Shown: positions 26,134 to 35,743 of the stretch, piece after piece | Numbering within the stretch: the stretch's first letter is position 1 | Layout: the number at the start of each line of letters is the position of its first letter | DNA from: Nitrospirota bacterium | Lineage (GTDB): Bacteria > Nitrospirota > UBA9217 | Length of the DNA: 64,000 bases | Direction: 5' to 3' | Assembly: GCA_035625205.1 (NCBI GenBank) | Contig: DASPQB010000296.1 | Location: 3,041 to 67,040, forward strand | Notes under the pieces: model-generated | The model's input: only the letters and a program-made list of their open reading frames with translations | Database searches by the model: none | What the model was told of the DNA's origin: nothing | Translations under genes and position numbers: made by a program

Positions 26134-28596
26134 TCAAGGTTCTACTCCCGGCGCAGGAGGCTTCTTTGGGGCGGTTTCGTTGTTCTCTTCTTTCTTCTCT
26201 TTTTTCTCTTCCCCTTTGTCTTCGGTTTTCAGTTGTTTCGACATCTCCTTGAGCCGCTTGTCTATGAAAAAATTCACCGAACCTTCCGGGTACGATCCAT
26301 CTTCCTTGCGCTCGCCTGCAGGAAGACCGGTCATTAATTCGATCGCCTCACTCACGTTCCTGACCGTATAGACGTGAAATTTTCCTTCCCTCACGGCATC
26401 GATCACTTCTTTCTTCAACATCAGGTTCTTCACGTTGCGCTCCGGGATGATGACGCCCTGATCACCCGTGAGACCGAGGTTCTTACATACGCTGAAAAAC
26501 CCTTCGATCTTTTCGTTCACGCCTCCGATGGGCTGGATTTCTCCCTTCTGGTTGATCGAGCCGGTAATGGCAAAGTTCTGTTTGATCGGCACTTCGGCAA
26601 TGCCGGAGAGGAGCGCTATGAGCTCTGCTGCCGATGCACTGTCGCCTTCGACCTCGCCATAGCTCTGTTCAAAAGCAAGCGTCGCAGTCAAGGACAGCGG
26701 TTTGTCCCTGGCGTAGGTGCCGCCGAGATAGCCCGACAGAATGAGCACGCCCTTGTTGTAGATGCGGCCGGACAGCTTGGCCTCGCGCTCGATGTCGGTC
26801 ACTCCCGATTTACCAAGAAAAACCCTGCTCGTGATGCGGGACGGTTTGCCGAAATAGAAGTCGCCGATGTCGTAGACAGACAAGCCGTTCACCTGCGCGA
26901 CCACTGATCCCGACACGTCGACCATGATCGTACCTTCGGCAATCATTTCCTGAATGCGCTCGTCAACCAGGTTGGCACGGTAGATTTTTTCATTCAGGGC
27001 CTTGTCTACGTCCTCGCTCATCACGGTCTTCTTCCCCTCCTGCACGGCCCAGTACGACGACTCGCGCACCAGGTCCGTAAGGTCGCTGAAGCGGAGCGAG
27101 AGCTTGTTCTTCTTCTCCGCAAGCCGCGAGGCATGCTCTACGATGGCGCCCACCGCGCTCCGGTCGAACGGAAGAAGGCCGTCATTCTGCGTCATGTTCG
27201 CGATGAACACGGCATACCGCATCTTCTCATCCTTAGAATTCGCGGTCTGGGTGTCAAAGTCCGACTTGACCTTGAAGATGTCCTTGAAGTCCTCGTCGTA
27301 GTTATAGAGAAGGTAGTAGAGCCAGGGGCTTCCAAGCATGATGATCTTGAGCGAGACGGGAATAGGCTCCGGCTTGATGCCGCCGGTCCCGTAGCCGTAG
27401 AGTTCCATGAGGTCCTCGATCTTCACCTCGTTCTTCTTGATGATGCGCTTGAGCGCGTCCCATGAGAACGGGCTCCGGAGCACGTCGATGGCATTCAGGA
27501 GGAGATAGCCACCGTTGGCCTGGAGCACTGATCCCGACCGGATCATGGAAAAGTTGGTGTAGAACGCGCCGAAGCGCGCTTTGCGTTCGATGCGGCCCAC
27601 GAGATTATTGTACGTGGGGTTTACCTCATCAATCACCGGGCCTCCCTTGGTCTCGGAGTTGTCGACAATGAGGTTTACCTTGTAGCGTTCGAGGAAGCTC
27701 CCCTTGTCCATGCCCTCAATGGGGAATGGCATCTCCTGCGTCTGCCCCAGGAACTCCCGCAGATTGCCGAGAATATCTTCTTCCATTTCACGCAGGAAAT
27801 CGGGGATGCGGGGATTCATCCGGAATTTTTCCCGGAGGTCATCGAGCTGGTGGCCCATGGCGAAATGCGCGACGTGCCGGTTCAGCTCATGGACTTTCTC
27901 GTGAGCTTCCTTGTCGAGTTGGCGTGCCTTGGCAAGAAAATCACGTATTTCGGAATCAACTTTTTTCTCGTGCTCTTCCAGTTCTCGCTTCTGTTCCGCG
28001 GACAACTCCTCGAGTTCCTGCGGCTGGAGCGGTTTGCCTTTCCACAAGGGGACCTTGACGATGCCGGTACGGGTGATCGTAAGCTGGAATCCCAATTCCT
28101 GTGCACGCTTTCCGGCGTCGCTAAACAGGACTTCTTTGGCCCTCTCGGCCCCTTCTACGATACTCGACTTCTGCTCCTCGTACTCCTTTGATTCGAAGAC
28201 CTTGGGAAGCTCGCTCTGGGTGAACTCGATAAATTTCTCAATGTCCTGCCGGAACTCTCTGCCCTTGCTAGGGGGAAGCTTGATGGCACGCGGCCGATCA
28301 GTGTCCTTGAAGTTATTAATGAAGCACCAGTCGTCCGGTACCGGCATGTTCTGCGAAAGACGCTTGACGATCGACCGGGTAATGGAGTTTCTGCCCGTGC
28401 CCGGGTTGCCGGAGACAAAGATGTTGTAGCCGTGGTTCTTGATCGAGAGGCCGAACTCGATTGCCCTCACGGCCCGCGCCTGGCCGATCACTTCTTCTTT
28501 TCGTACCAGTTCGTTAGTGTTTTGAAACGCAAATTCCGCAGTGTCACAGACATGACGAAGTTCTCTCAGCCCTACTTCACGTTCCTGGATGTTCAT
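26134..28596 (-). CDS. Lon-like protease with degenerate AAA+ motifs (LonC-type)
   Basis: The C-terminal S16 protease domain has the Ser-Lys dyad context GDSASAAELIALLSG ... GGVNEKIEGFF. The P-loop position reads GNPGTGRNS (Arg in place of the Walker Lys). The Walker-B position reads GGYLLLNAIDVL (no DE). A Lys/Glu-rich tail is present (KTEDKGEEKKEKKEENNETAPKKPP). The start is at ATG 28596, after AAGGAGG plus 4 nt. Confidence 0.85.
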   Translation of the reverse strand: MNIQEREVGLRELRHVCDTAEFAFQNTNELVRKEEVIGQARAVRAIEFGLSIKNHGYNIFVSGNPGTGRNSITRSIVKRLSQNMPVPDDWCFINNFKDTDRPRAIKLPPSKGREFRQDIEKFIEFTQSELPKVFESKEYEEQKSSIVEGAERAKEVLFSDAGKRAQELGFQLTITRTGIVKVPLWKGKPLQPQELEELSAEQKRELEEHEKKVDSEIRDFLAKARQLDKEAHEKVHELNRHVAHFAMGHQLDDLREKFRMNPRIPDFLREMEEDILGNLREFLGQTQEMPFPIEGMDKGSFLERYKVNLIVDNSETKGGPVIDEVNPTYNNLVGRIERKARFGAFYTNFSMIRSGSVLQANGGYLLLNAIDVLRSPFSWDALKRIIKKNEVKIEDLMELYGYGTGGIKPEPIPVSLKIIMLGSPWLYYLLYNYDEDFKDIFKVKSDFDTQTANSKDEKMRYAVFIANMTQNDGLLPFDRSAVGAIVEHASRLAEKKNKLSLRFSDLTDLVRESSYWAVQEGKKTVMSEDVDKALNEKIYRANLVDERIQEMIAEGTIMVDVSGSVVAQVNGLSVYDIGDFYFGKPSRITSRVFLGKSGVTDIEREAKLSGRIYNKGVLILSGYLGGTYARDKPLSLTATLAFEQSYGEVEGDSASAAELIALLSGIAEVPIKQNFAITGSINQKGEIQPIGGVNEKIEGFFSVCKNLGLTGDQGVIIPERNVKNLMLKKEVIDAVREGKFHVYTVRNVSEAIELMTGLPAGERKEDGSYPEGSVNFFIDKRLKEMSKQLKTEDKGEEKKEKKEENNETAPKKPPAPGVEP

Positions 28597-28808
28597 GCGG
28601 CCTCCTTCATGAGACACTCTAGCTTTAAGTGTAGGCACTGTATTGCTGGTTGTCAAGGGAGATACCTGCCTCACAGCAGGACCAAACGGCGCTACGGGCC
28701 ATTTCGATGAGGCGCGCCTTCGGGCCCGGAATATTCGCGCGCGCTCAATGCTGCTCCTGCTGAATCATCGGCGGTTCACCGCGCGGCGCTGATCTGCGAA
28801 CGACGCCT

Positions 28809-28842
28809 GCCCGCTGGTCACTGCAACGAGAAGCCCGCTGGT
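28809..28842. repeat. 10-nt direct repeat GCCCGCTGGT x2 with 24-nt period
   Basis: Read directly at 28809-28818 and 28833-28842, in the 415-nt region 5-prime of the Lon-like gene. Confidence 0.85.
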
Positions 28843-29088
28843 TGCTCATGACGAGCTGCAAGACTGCTGGCATGAGGAATGATATGGTCAGGCATTACAA
28901 ACGCCGTGAACTGCGGTGCAGAGGAACCTCGAGCTCGAGGGGGAACAGGAGAGAGGTAGTTTCATTTTCATATGGTATCATCCGACAGTGCGTAAGCCAA
29001 ACTTAGGGTAAAGACAACGGGGAGATTTGCAGAAGGCTGGAACGTACAGGCCTTCCCCATGGATCTCCCACCTCCCCCTTTTGAGCGT

Positions 29089-30285
29089 TTACGGTCTTTT
29101 CCTCAGCAGGAAATACAGTTCCCCTTCATGCTGCTGGTGCCCGGCAGCAAGTTCTGCCTCGGGCCCCTGGCCGAAGAAGACATCGACCCTGGCCGGTCCC
29201 TTGATCGCCCCGCCTGTGTCCTGGTTCATGACGAAACGCGTGAACGGCACCCATGCCTTGATCGCGCCATTCTCGATCACCGGCTTCTGCGTTGCGATGA
29301 ATCCGAGAGCCCCTTTCGGGAAGAGTTTGCTGTCCGTGGCGATCGACCGTCCCGGCGTGAGCGGTACGCCGATGTTCCCGACCGACGGCCCGGTGCCGAG
29401 ACGGAAAAAGACATAACTCTGATTCTGGCTCAGAACAGTATTCAGTTTGTCCGGGTGAGAGCGTAAATACTCCCGTATCGTTTGCAGGGACATGTTCTCC
29501 TTCGGAACCGCTCCTGTGTCAACGAGGTATTTCCCGATGCTCTTGTACGGCCTGCCGTTCTGACCATCGTAAAGCACGGAAAGGACGTTCCCCTCACCGA
29601 GGTCCACCTTGCCCGAGCCCTGCACCTGCAGAACGTAGATATCAACGAGGTCGGAACACCACAGGATCTCGAGATCCTTGCCGGCAAGGATTTTTTTCTG
29701 GTCGATCTCTTCGCGTGAATAGTAGGGAATGATTTTTTTGGCGTCAAGCCGGCCGAATATCTTATGTTGGGGGAACCCGCTCCCAAACTGCGTCAGGTCA
29801 ATTTCGATGATGTCGTCGGGCTTGCGGTAAAGGGGGTAGCGGAAGGTTTCGTCCGCTGCGAGGCGGCATGAGATCACCGGTTCGTAGTAGCCGGTGAACA
29901 GCATCTTGCCGTTGCCGTCCGAACCGATTGACCGATAGAGAATAAAGTCATTTTTAATGCGATTGAGCTTCTGGTCCGGCGTAAGTGTATCGTTCTCTAC
30001 GATCGACAAAAAATTTTGGAGTGTGACGGCCATGTCGACTGCAGTCACTTTATCGGTTCCCAGAAAGAAGGCCGTGTCCTGCGGAAGCTTCCTATAGTAT
30101 TCCAGGCTCTGGCGCGCTGCTGCTGCTGCGTTCTTGAACGACAGGTCATCCGCAGGTGTTGTTGCTCTCCACCACGATATCGGCGCAATCGCATCCTCCG
30201 GTTTCGTTACGGCTTTCGGCGGCGGTACGCAGGCTAGAAGGGAAAAAAGAAGTAAGAGGACAGCTAGACGGTTGCTGCTGAGCAC
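29089..30285 (-). CDS. mltA: membrane-bound lytic murein transglycosylase A
   Basis: The MltA-type and 3D-domain sequence (FTGYYEP...; GRPYKSIGKYL; ATDSKLFPKGALGFI; RFVMNQDTGGAIKGPARVDVFFG) matches my memory of MltA. The lipoprotein signal is LAVLLLLFSLLAC. The start is at GTG 30285, after GGGAAGGA plus 7 nt. Confidence 0.8.
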   Translation of the reverse strand: MLSSNRLAVLLLLFSLLACVPPPKAVTKPEDAIAPISWWRATTPADDLSFKNAAAAARQSLEYYRKLPQDTAFFLGTDKVTAVDMAVTLQNFLSIVENDTLTPDQKLNRIKNDFILYRSIGSDGNGKMLFTGYYEPVISCRLAADETFRYPLYRKPDDIIEIDLTQFGSGFPQHKIFGRLDAKKIIPYYSREEIDQKKILAGKDLEILWCSDLVDIYVLQVQGSGKVDLGEGNVLSVLYDGQNGRPYKSIGKYLVDTGAVPKENMSLQTIREYLRSHPDKLNTVLSQNQSYVFFRLGTGPSVGNIGVPLTPGRSIATDSKLFPKGALGFIATQKPVIENGAIKAWVPFTRFVMNQDTGGAIKGPARVDVFFGQGPEAELAAGHQQHEGELYFLLRKRP

Positions 30286-30641
30286 GGCGGCATCCTTCCC
30301 TTTTTTAGCGCGGTGGGGCTTCAACGATACCTGATGAGGCCACCCCACCCGGAACGAGCATGAAAAAGGATAACGCCTGCCGCCGCAAAAATCAAGAAAA
30401 AGATTGTTCTATCCGGCGTTCGCTCATGACTGTTGTGGCGACAATACTCTTTCCCTTCTGGTCAGACATCGTCTTTTCAGCAGTCATTGGTTCCGTCATG
30501 ACCATGCACGCTGTTCTGAAACGACCGCGAGGGAATGAATGTTTTCGTACAGGTTTCCTGCGCCGTCATCGCACATCATAGCATCGGAAGGACGAGCTGA
30601 AACTGAGTGCAGAATGCAGATCAAGGGTTGCTGTTTACGCG

Positions 30642-31565
30642 CTACTGAAGAAAAGCTTGCTGCGCTTTCTGCGGATCACCGTGCAGCTCGGGAACCTGCT
30701 CCCCCAGAGCACTCCACGTGGGCTCGTGCCTCATAAGGGCAGCCCGCGCCCGGGCCTGATCCGAATTGGCGTAGCAATACAGGCAGCCGTGTGCGCACGT
30801 ATCATATGCTCCGATATCGAGGCTCTTCGTGCAGGCGCATTCCTCCCTTGTCGCGGCCAATCTTGAATCGAGCGGAGTTTGATAGAGCCCGGACAGATAG
30901 TGCCCGTCGATGCAGCTTGCTTTTTGTACCGTGTCCGAGAGCAGATAATCGTTGCAGCACGCCAAGAGCCCGATGCCGTAATACTTTGCCCGCGTGGCCA
31001 AACGATGCGCATACGCTCGTTTCTTTTCCCGGGAAAGTTCGATCAGACTGTCGTCGCCATGTTTTTTCATATGCGCGAGCACTTTCTTGTAAGGATGCAC
31101 AAAGCTGATGACGCATCTCCTCGCATCAGCGCTGAGCTTTTCAGCACAACGCGCGAATCGTTCCTCATGGAGTTCGTAGGGCATTTTGTCCGTTATGCAG
31201 AGAGGATCGAAACGCCAGACAATGTGCCCGGCTGAATATCGTCGGCCAAGGTAAAGGTAGTCGCGTATCGCGTCCTTATAGTCGGGGACGCCGGGTTCCA
31301 TTTCCCGGTTCCCGGTGATCGTAAAGTGGAAAAAAAGGTTCCTGGTGGTCCGTTCTATTTGTTCCAGTTTTGAAAGGAGCGGGGCATAATTTTTAGACCA
31401 GAAGACGATCGCCGCAACGTCCTGCGGTTTCAACGATACGGTTGAATATCTGCCTGAATATGGCTGCCGAACGAGCGCGAATCCCGCCCTCAGCCTTCCG
31501 ATGAGCCACTCGGAATAGAATGCCGGGATGTCGGTGCGTCTGCTTGCGGAAATTACGTGAGGCAT
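30642..31565 (-). CDS. DUF1848-family protein with C-terminal Cys cluster
   Basis: The N-terminus MPHVISASRRTDIPAFYSEW is the DUF1848 signature as I recall it. The Cys cluster is CACTKSLDIGAYDTCAHGCLYCYAN. Confidence 0.7.
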   Translation of the reverse strand: MPHVISASRRTDIPAFYSEWLIGRLRAGFALVRQPYSGRYSTVSLKPQDVAAIVFWSKNYAPLLSKLEQIERTTRNLFFHFTITGNREMEPGVPDYKDAIRDYLYLGRRYSAGHIVWRFDPLCITDKMPYELHEERFARCAEKLSADARRCVISFVHPYKKVLAHMKKHGDDSLIELSREKKRAYAHRLATRAKYYGIGLLACCNDYLLSDTVQKASCIDGHYLSGLYQTPLDSRLAATREECACTKSLDIGAYDTCAHGCLYCYANSDQARARAALMRHEPTWSALGEQVPELHGDPQKAQQAFLQ

Positions 31566-31754
31566 GATTCATATACTCCTTCTCATGTTCTTTTAAAAAT
31601 ACTACATATCTTCTGTGAAAACAACAGGGAAAGGATCGCGTGGTATTGAATAGGCTCACACCCTTCATGAAAAAAAACTTTCTTTTTCTGAACCTTTTGT
31701 GTAATATAGCGCTTACTTACATTTGAATTCCCCTGTGGAGGGCAAGGTGACGCC

Positions 31755-33062
31755 ATGAGCAGCAAATACTTTGCAGCGTTATTATCGTTCCTCATGTTCA
31801 ATGTTCCGTTCAGCGGTCACGCATTGACCTTGGCTGAGGGCGTCAAGACCGCCGTGGAAAGCGGTCGAGACGTCAAGATCGCACAAAGCTATGAGGTTGC
31901 GGCTCGGGCAGCTGTTACCCTCGCGCGATCTCCGTGGCTGCCCTATGTTAATCTCTACGGGAGCCAGACGTGGCTTCAGTATCAGCCTACCGGCAAGTTC
32001 ATAGAGCCGGGGGGTGTCCTGACGGCTGCGGAATCACAGGACCACTTCCTCAGCTACGGCATACAGGCAAATCAGCTTCTGTATGACTTCGGAAAAACGT
32101 CGTCTTCTATCAATGCGGCCCAGTACGGAGTGAAAGCACGGCAGATCGAGACGCAGCGCACGAGGAACCAAACAGCGTTGGACTTCATCGTTGCCTACTA
32201 CGACCTTCTTGAGGCGGAGAAACTCCTCCAGGTCGCAAAAGAGGAGGTAAAAAATGTTGAAGCGCATAAGAGTGACGCCGAAGCGAAGTATGGCGCAGGA
32301 GTCATTACGAAGAATGAGGTGCTCCAAGCCGATGCTACGCTCGCGGACTCCCGCCAGCGTTTGGTAACTGCTGAGAATCTTCACTCCTTCCTGGCATCGA
32401 GGGTTAACAGCCTTCTCTTAAGGCCTCTCAATGAGCCGGTCGTGGTTGAAGAGGTCACTACTCACCCCGCCACCGGAATGACGCTCGACGAAGCATGGAC
32501 TTTTGCTGAAGCGGAAAGCCCTGAACTCAAGGACATCGATGCTCAGATTGCAGCAAAGGAGGAAACTGTACGGACAACACAAGCGGAGTACTTTCCCACG
32601 CTTTATCTTTCCGGCGGTTATGAATACACGGAGAACAGGTACATGGTTCAGCCGAGCAACTGGTCGCTGATCGCCGGAGTGAACATTAATCTCTTTTCCG
32701 GGGGAGCGAGCAGTTCAAAAGTGAGCATTGCCATGAGCGAGCTCCGGTCGCTCAGGCTTGCGCGGGATAAAGTGCTGGATAACATCCGCCTCGCAGTCGA
32801 GAATGCATACCTCGATCTGCAAAGCTCCCGGGAAAAAATCGAGGTCACGAAGACCGCGATCGCTTCGGCTACGGAAAATTTGCGTCTCCAGCGGCTCCGC
32901 TACCACGAGGGCGTCGCAACCGCAACCGACGAGCTCGATGCGGTGACGCTCATGACGACTGCGGAAACAAATTCCTGGAAATCGCTTTACGGAGTCGGCC
33001 GTGCAGAGGCTCAGCTGCTCTATTCGATGGGGAGAGACCTTGCTAGCGTGTATGGGGAATAA
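31755..33062 (+). CDS. TolC-family outer-membrane efflux protein
   Basis: It has a signal peptide and two OEP-like repeats (ALDFIVAYYDLLEAEKLL...; AVENAYLDLQSSREKI...). It is followed by HlyD and MFS genes. Confidence 0.85.
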   Translation: MSSKYFAALLSFLMFNVPFSGHALTLAEGVKTAVESGRDVKIAQSYEVAARAAVTLARSPWLPYVNLYGSQTWLQYQPTGKFIEPGGVLTAAESQDHFLSYGIQANQLLYDFGKTSSSINAAQYGVKARQIETQRTRNQTALDFIVAYYDLLEAEKLLQVAKEEVKNVEAHKSDAEAKYGAGVITKNEVLQADATLADSRQRLVTAENLHSFLASRVNSLLLRPLNEPVVVEEVTTHPATGMTLDEAWTFAEAESPELKDIDAQIAAKEETVRTTQAEYFPTLYLSGGYEYTENRYMVQPSNWSLIAGVNINLFSGGASSSKVSIAMSELRSLRLARDKVLDNIRLAVENAYLDLQSSREKIEVTKTAIASATENLRLQRLRYHEGVATATDELDAVTLMTTAETNSWKSLYGVGRAEAQLLYSMGRDLASVYGE

Positions 33063-33130
33063 TGTGTTCATAGGAATCGTTGACGGAACCCTGGCAGTAT
33101 AGTTATACTGTTGCTCAAGGAGAACGACTC

Positions 33131-34135
33131 ATGGCTGAAGAACAAACGAATGCGATCGGGAAAAGAAAGCGTGCCTTTGCAATTGTTGGCGTTATTATCT
33201 GCATCGGGCTCGTTGCAGGTTTTTTCTACAATAACTATCGCAAAACCCATGTATCCACCGATGACGCCTTTGTCGACGGGAATATCCACACGATTGCAGC
33301 CAAGATCAACGGCACAGTGAAGGCTATTTACGTAGACGACAACCAGTCCGTAAAAAAGGGCGACCTCCTGGTGGAGATCGACCCCGTTGATAACGCCGTG
33401 CGGCTGCAGGAGGCCAAATCGGCGCTCAGTGTCGAGAAAGCGAAGCTAGCCGAGGCGGAAACGAAGATCGAGTCCGCGAAGGCAAACCTTGACCTTGCAC
33501 GCGCAAATCTTAAGCTCGCAGAGACGGACAAGGAGCGAGCGGTTAAGCTTTTTGCAGAGCAGGTCATCCCCCAGGAGCAGTACGACCGGACAATGACTGC
33601 CTATGAAGTAAACCTGGCTCAGGTCAAAGCTGCTGAGGAACAGCTCCGGACGGCCGAGTCGGCGAAGGTCACCCAGATTTCAACGATCAGACAGAAGGAT
33701 GCGCAGGCTGCACTCGCAGAGCTCAATTACGAGTACACGAAGCTCTATTCTCCCGTGGATGGATACGTCACGAGAAGATCGGTTCAGATCGGCAACCAGA
33801 TCCAGGCAGATCAACCGCTCATGGCATTGGTTGCGCTCAATGACCTTTGGATTACGGCGAATTACAAGGAAACCCAAATGGAGAACATCCATCCTGGTCA
33901 GTACGTGGAGATCGAAGTGGACACGTACCCCGGCAAGGTTTTTAAAGGTAAAGTCGACAGCATCATGGCCGGCACTGGTGTATCCTTTTCGCTTTTCCCT
34001 CCCGAAAATGCGACGGGAAATTATGTCAAAGTAGTCCAGCGAATACCCGTAAAGATCGTTCTCCAGGAGGGAACGGACAGAAACCATGTCCTGAGAATCG
34101 GTATGTCTGTGGAACCGACGGTATTGATAAAATGA
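33131..34135 (+). CDS. HlyD/EmrA-family membrane fusion protein
   Basis: It has a TM anchor, a biotinyl-lipoyl-like segment (INGTVKAIYVDDNQSVKKGDLLVEID), a coiled coil and a beta-barrel (YSPVDGYVTRR). The start is at ATG 33131, after AAGGAG plus 8 nt. Confidence 0.85.
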   Translation: MAEEQTNAIGKRKRAFAIVGVIICIGLVAGFFYNNYRKTHVSTDDAFVDGNIHTIAAKINGTVKAIYVDDNQSVKKGDLLVEIDPVDNAVRLQEAKSALSVEKAKLAEAETKIESAKANLDLARANLKLAETDKERAVKLFAEQVIPQEQYDRTMTAYEVNLAQVKAAEEQLRTAESAKVTQISTIRQKDAQAALAELNYEYTKLYSPVDGYVTRRSVQIGNQIQADQPLMALVALNDLWITANYKETQMENIHPGQYVEIEVDTYPGKVFKGKVDSIMAGTGVSFSLFPPENATGNYVKVVQRIPVKIVLQEGTDRNHVLRIGMSVEPTVLIK

Positions 34136-35673
34136 GCAGTAAAACTGCGAGCAGGGGATTAATTGCCTTCACGGTAATGCTCCCAACGCTGATCGAGATC
34201 ATCGACACGTCTGTCGTCAATGTATCGCTTGACCACATCCGGGGCTCGCTCTCCGCGGGGATTGATGAGTCCACGTGGACAATCACCGCCTACCTCGTGT
34301 CAAACGCGATAGTCATCCCCATGGCAGGATGGCTTGCGCGACTCATCGGAAGAAAGAACTACCAGATCTCCTCCATCGCCCTGTTTACGTTCAGTTCCTT
34401 TATGTGCGGCTCTGCATGGAGCCTGTCCAGCCTCGTGTTCTTCAGGGTGCTTCAGGGAATTGGCGGCGGAGGCCTGGTGCCCATCAGCCAGTCCATTCTC
34501 CTTGAGTCCTTTCCTCGTGAGAAGCATGGCCAGGCCATGGCCATCTTCGGCCTGGGAGCCATGTTTGGTCCAATCGTCGGTCCAGTCCTGGGCGGCTGGA
34601 TCACCGACTCCCTGTCCTGGCGGTGGATATTCTACATCAACATTCCGATCGGGATCCTCTCGATCATTATGAACATCATCGTCATCAAGGACCCTCCCTA
34701 TATGCAGCGCCAAAAAATGAAGATCGACTACTTTGGACTTCTTTTCCTGAGCGTGGGGCTTGGCGCGCTCCAGTTCGTGCTCGACAAAGGAGAGAGAGAG
34801 GACTGGTTCGGATCAAACCTCATCGTCACGCTGGCCATTCTCTCGGCGGTTTCGCTTACCTTCCTGGTGATCAACGAGTATTATTCCGAGCATCCGATTG
34901 TCAACCTGAAGCTGTTTAAGGACCGGACCTTCACGAGCGGCGCGACGGTGATGTTCTTCGTTTTCCTGAACCTCTTCGGAAGCATCGTTCTGCTCCCGAT
35001 TTTTTTACAAACGCTCATGGGTTACACATCTTTCTATGCTGGGCTCGTACTCGGCCCTGGCGGTATCGCCACCTTGCTCGCGATGCCGGTTGCGGGTAAG
35101 CTGGTGAGTAAGACCAATCCGAAGCGTATCCTCGCCGTTGGCATGTCGTTCTGCGCTATCAGCACCTTCATGATGTCCCGCTTGAACCTTACCGCGGATT
35201 TTTGGACATTTGTCTGGCCGAGAGTTGTGCTGGGCCTTGGCATGGGTCTTACCTTCATTCCTCTGACAACCATGACGCTCTCTCATATCCCGAGGGAGCA
35301 CATGACCGAGGCCAGTTCCGTGTACAACCTGCTGCGGAACCTTGGGGGCAGTGTCGGCATCGCATTTACGACGACGATGCTCTCGCGTCGCGCGCAATTC
35401 CACCAGACCAGGCTTGCGGGGCACCTGTCGTCATTTGATACTGCCTACCATTTCCAGAACAATGCACTGGCGTCGTTTCTCGGCTCAAGGGGAATTCCGC
35501 ACAGCGGCTCAAACGGCTTACTGTACGGAGAATTGATTCGCCAATCAACAACCCTTGCCTTCAACGATGCGTTCCTGACGATCTGCATCCTCATCTTCTG
35601 CGTTCTTCCACTGGTATTCATCATGAAGCGGGCAGCTCCCGCTGCGGGCGGTCCCCCGGCAGACGTGCATTAA
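34132..35673 (+). CDS. DHA2-family MFS drug efflux transporter (EmrB-like, 14 TM)
   Basis: Typical EmrB/QacA motifs are present (LDTSVVNVSL-type start, GWLARLIGRK, LQGIGGGGL). It overlaps the upstream gene by 4 nt. Confidence 0.9.
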   Translation: MSSKTASRGLIAFTVMLPTLIEIIDTSVVNVSLDHIRGSLSAGIDESTWTITAYLVSNAIVIPMAGWLARLIGRKNYQISSIALFTFSSFMCGSAWSLSSLVFFRVLQGIGGGGLVPISQSILLESFPREKHGQAMAIFGLGAMFGPIVGPVLGGWITDSLSWRWIFYINIPIGILSIIMNIIVIKDPPYMQRQKMKIDYFGLLFLSVGLGALQFVLDKGEREDWFGSNLIVTLAILSAVSLTFLVINEYYSEHPIVNLKLFKDRTFTSGATVMFFVFLNLFGSIVLLPIFLQTLMGYTSFYAGLVLGPGGIATLLAMPVAGKLVSKTNPKRILAVGMSFCAISTFMMSRLNLTADFWTFVWPRVVLGLGMGLTFIPLTTMTLSHIPREHMTEASSVYNLLRNLGGSVGIAFTTTMLSRRAQFHQTRLAGHLSSFDTAYHFQNNALASFLGSRGIPHSGSNGLLYGELIRQSTTLAFNDAFLTICILIFCVLPLVFIMKRAAPAAGGPPADVH

Positions 35674-35699
35674 TTAATCCCCTCTTCGAAAAAAATGGC

Positions 35700-35733
35700 C
35701 CAAAAAAAGCCCATCATCAGTTGATGATGGGCT
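35700..35733 (-). terminator. intrinsic terminator at the end of the rrn operon (also faces emrB)
   Basis: A 10-bp stem, gcccatcatc (35709-35718) with gatgatgggc (35723-35732), encloses the loop agtt. On the minus strand it is followed by a run of T (A-run 35702-35708 on plus). Confidence 0.6.
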
Positions 35734-35743
35734 TGAAAAATAT

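Noticed and set aside
28675-29088. Possibility that the Lon leader encodes a known ncRNA (SRP, 6S, tmRNA, RNase P)
   Set aside because: I looked for the conserved SRP domain IV, the tmRNA tag/CCA-end and RNase P P4 motifs on both strands and found none. It is kept only as an unexplained leader.
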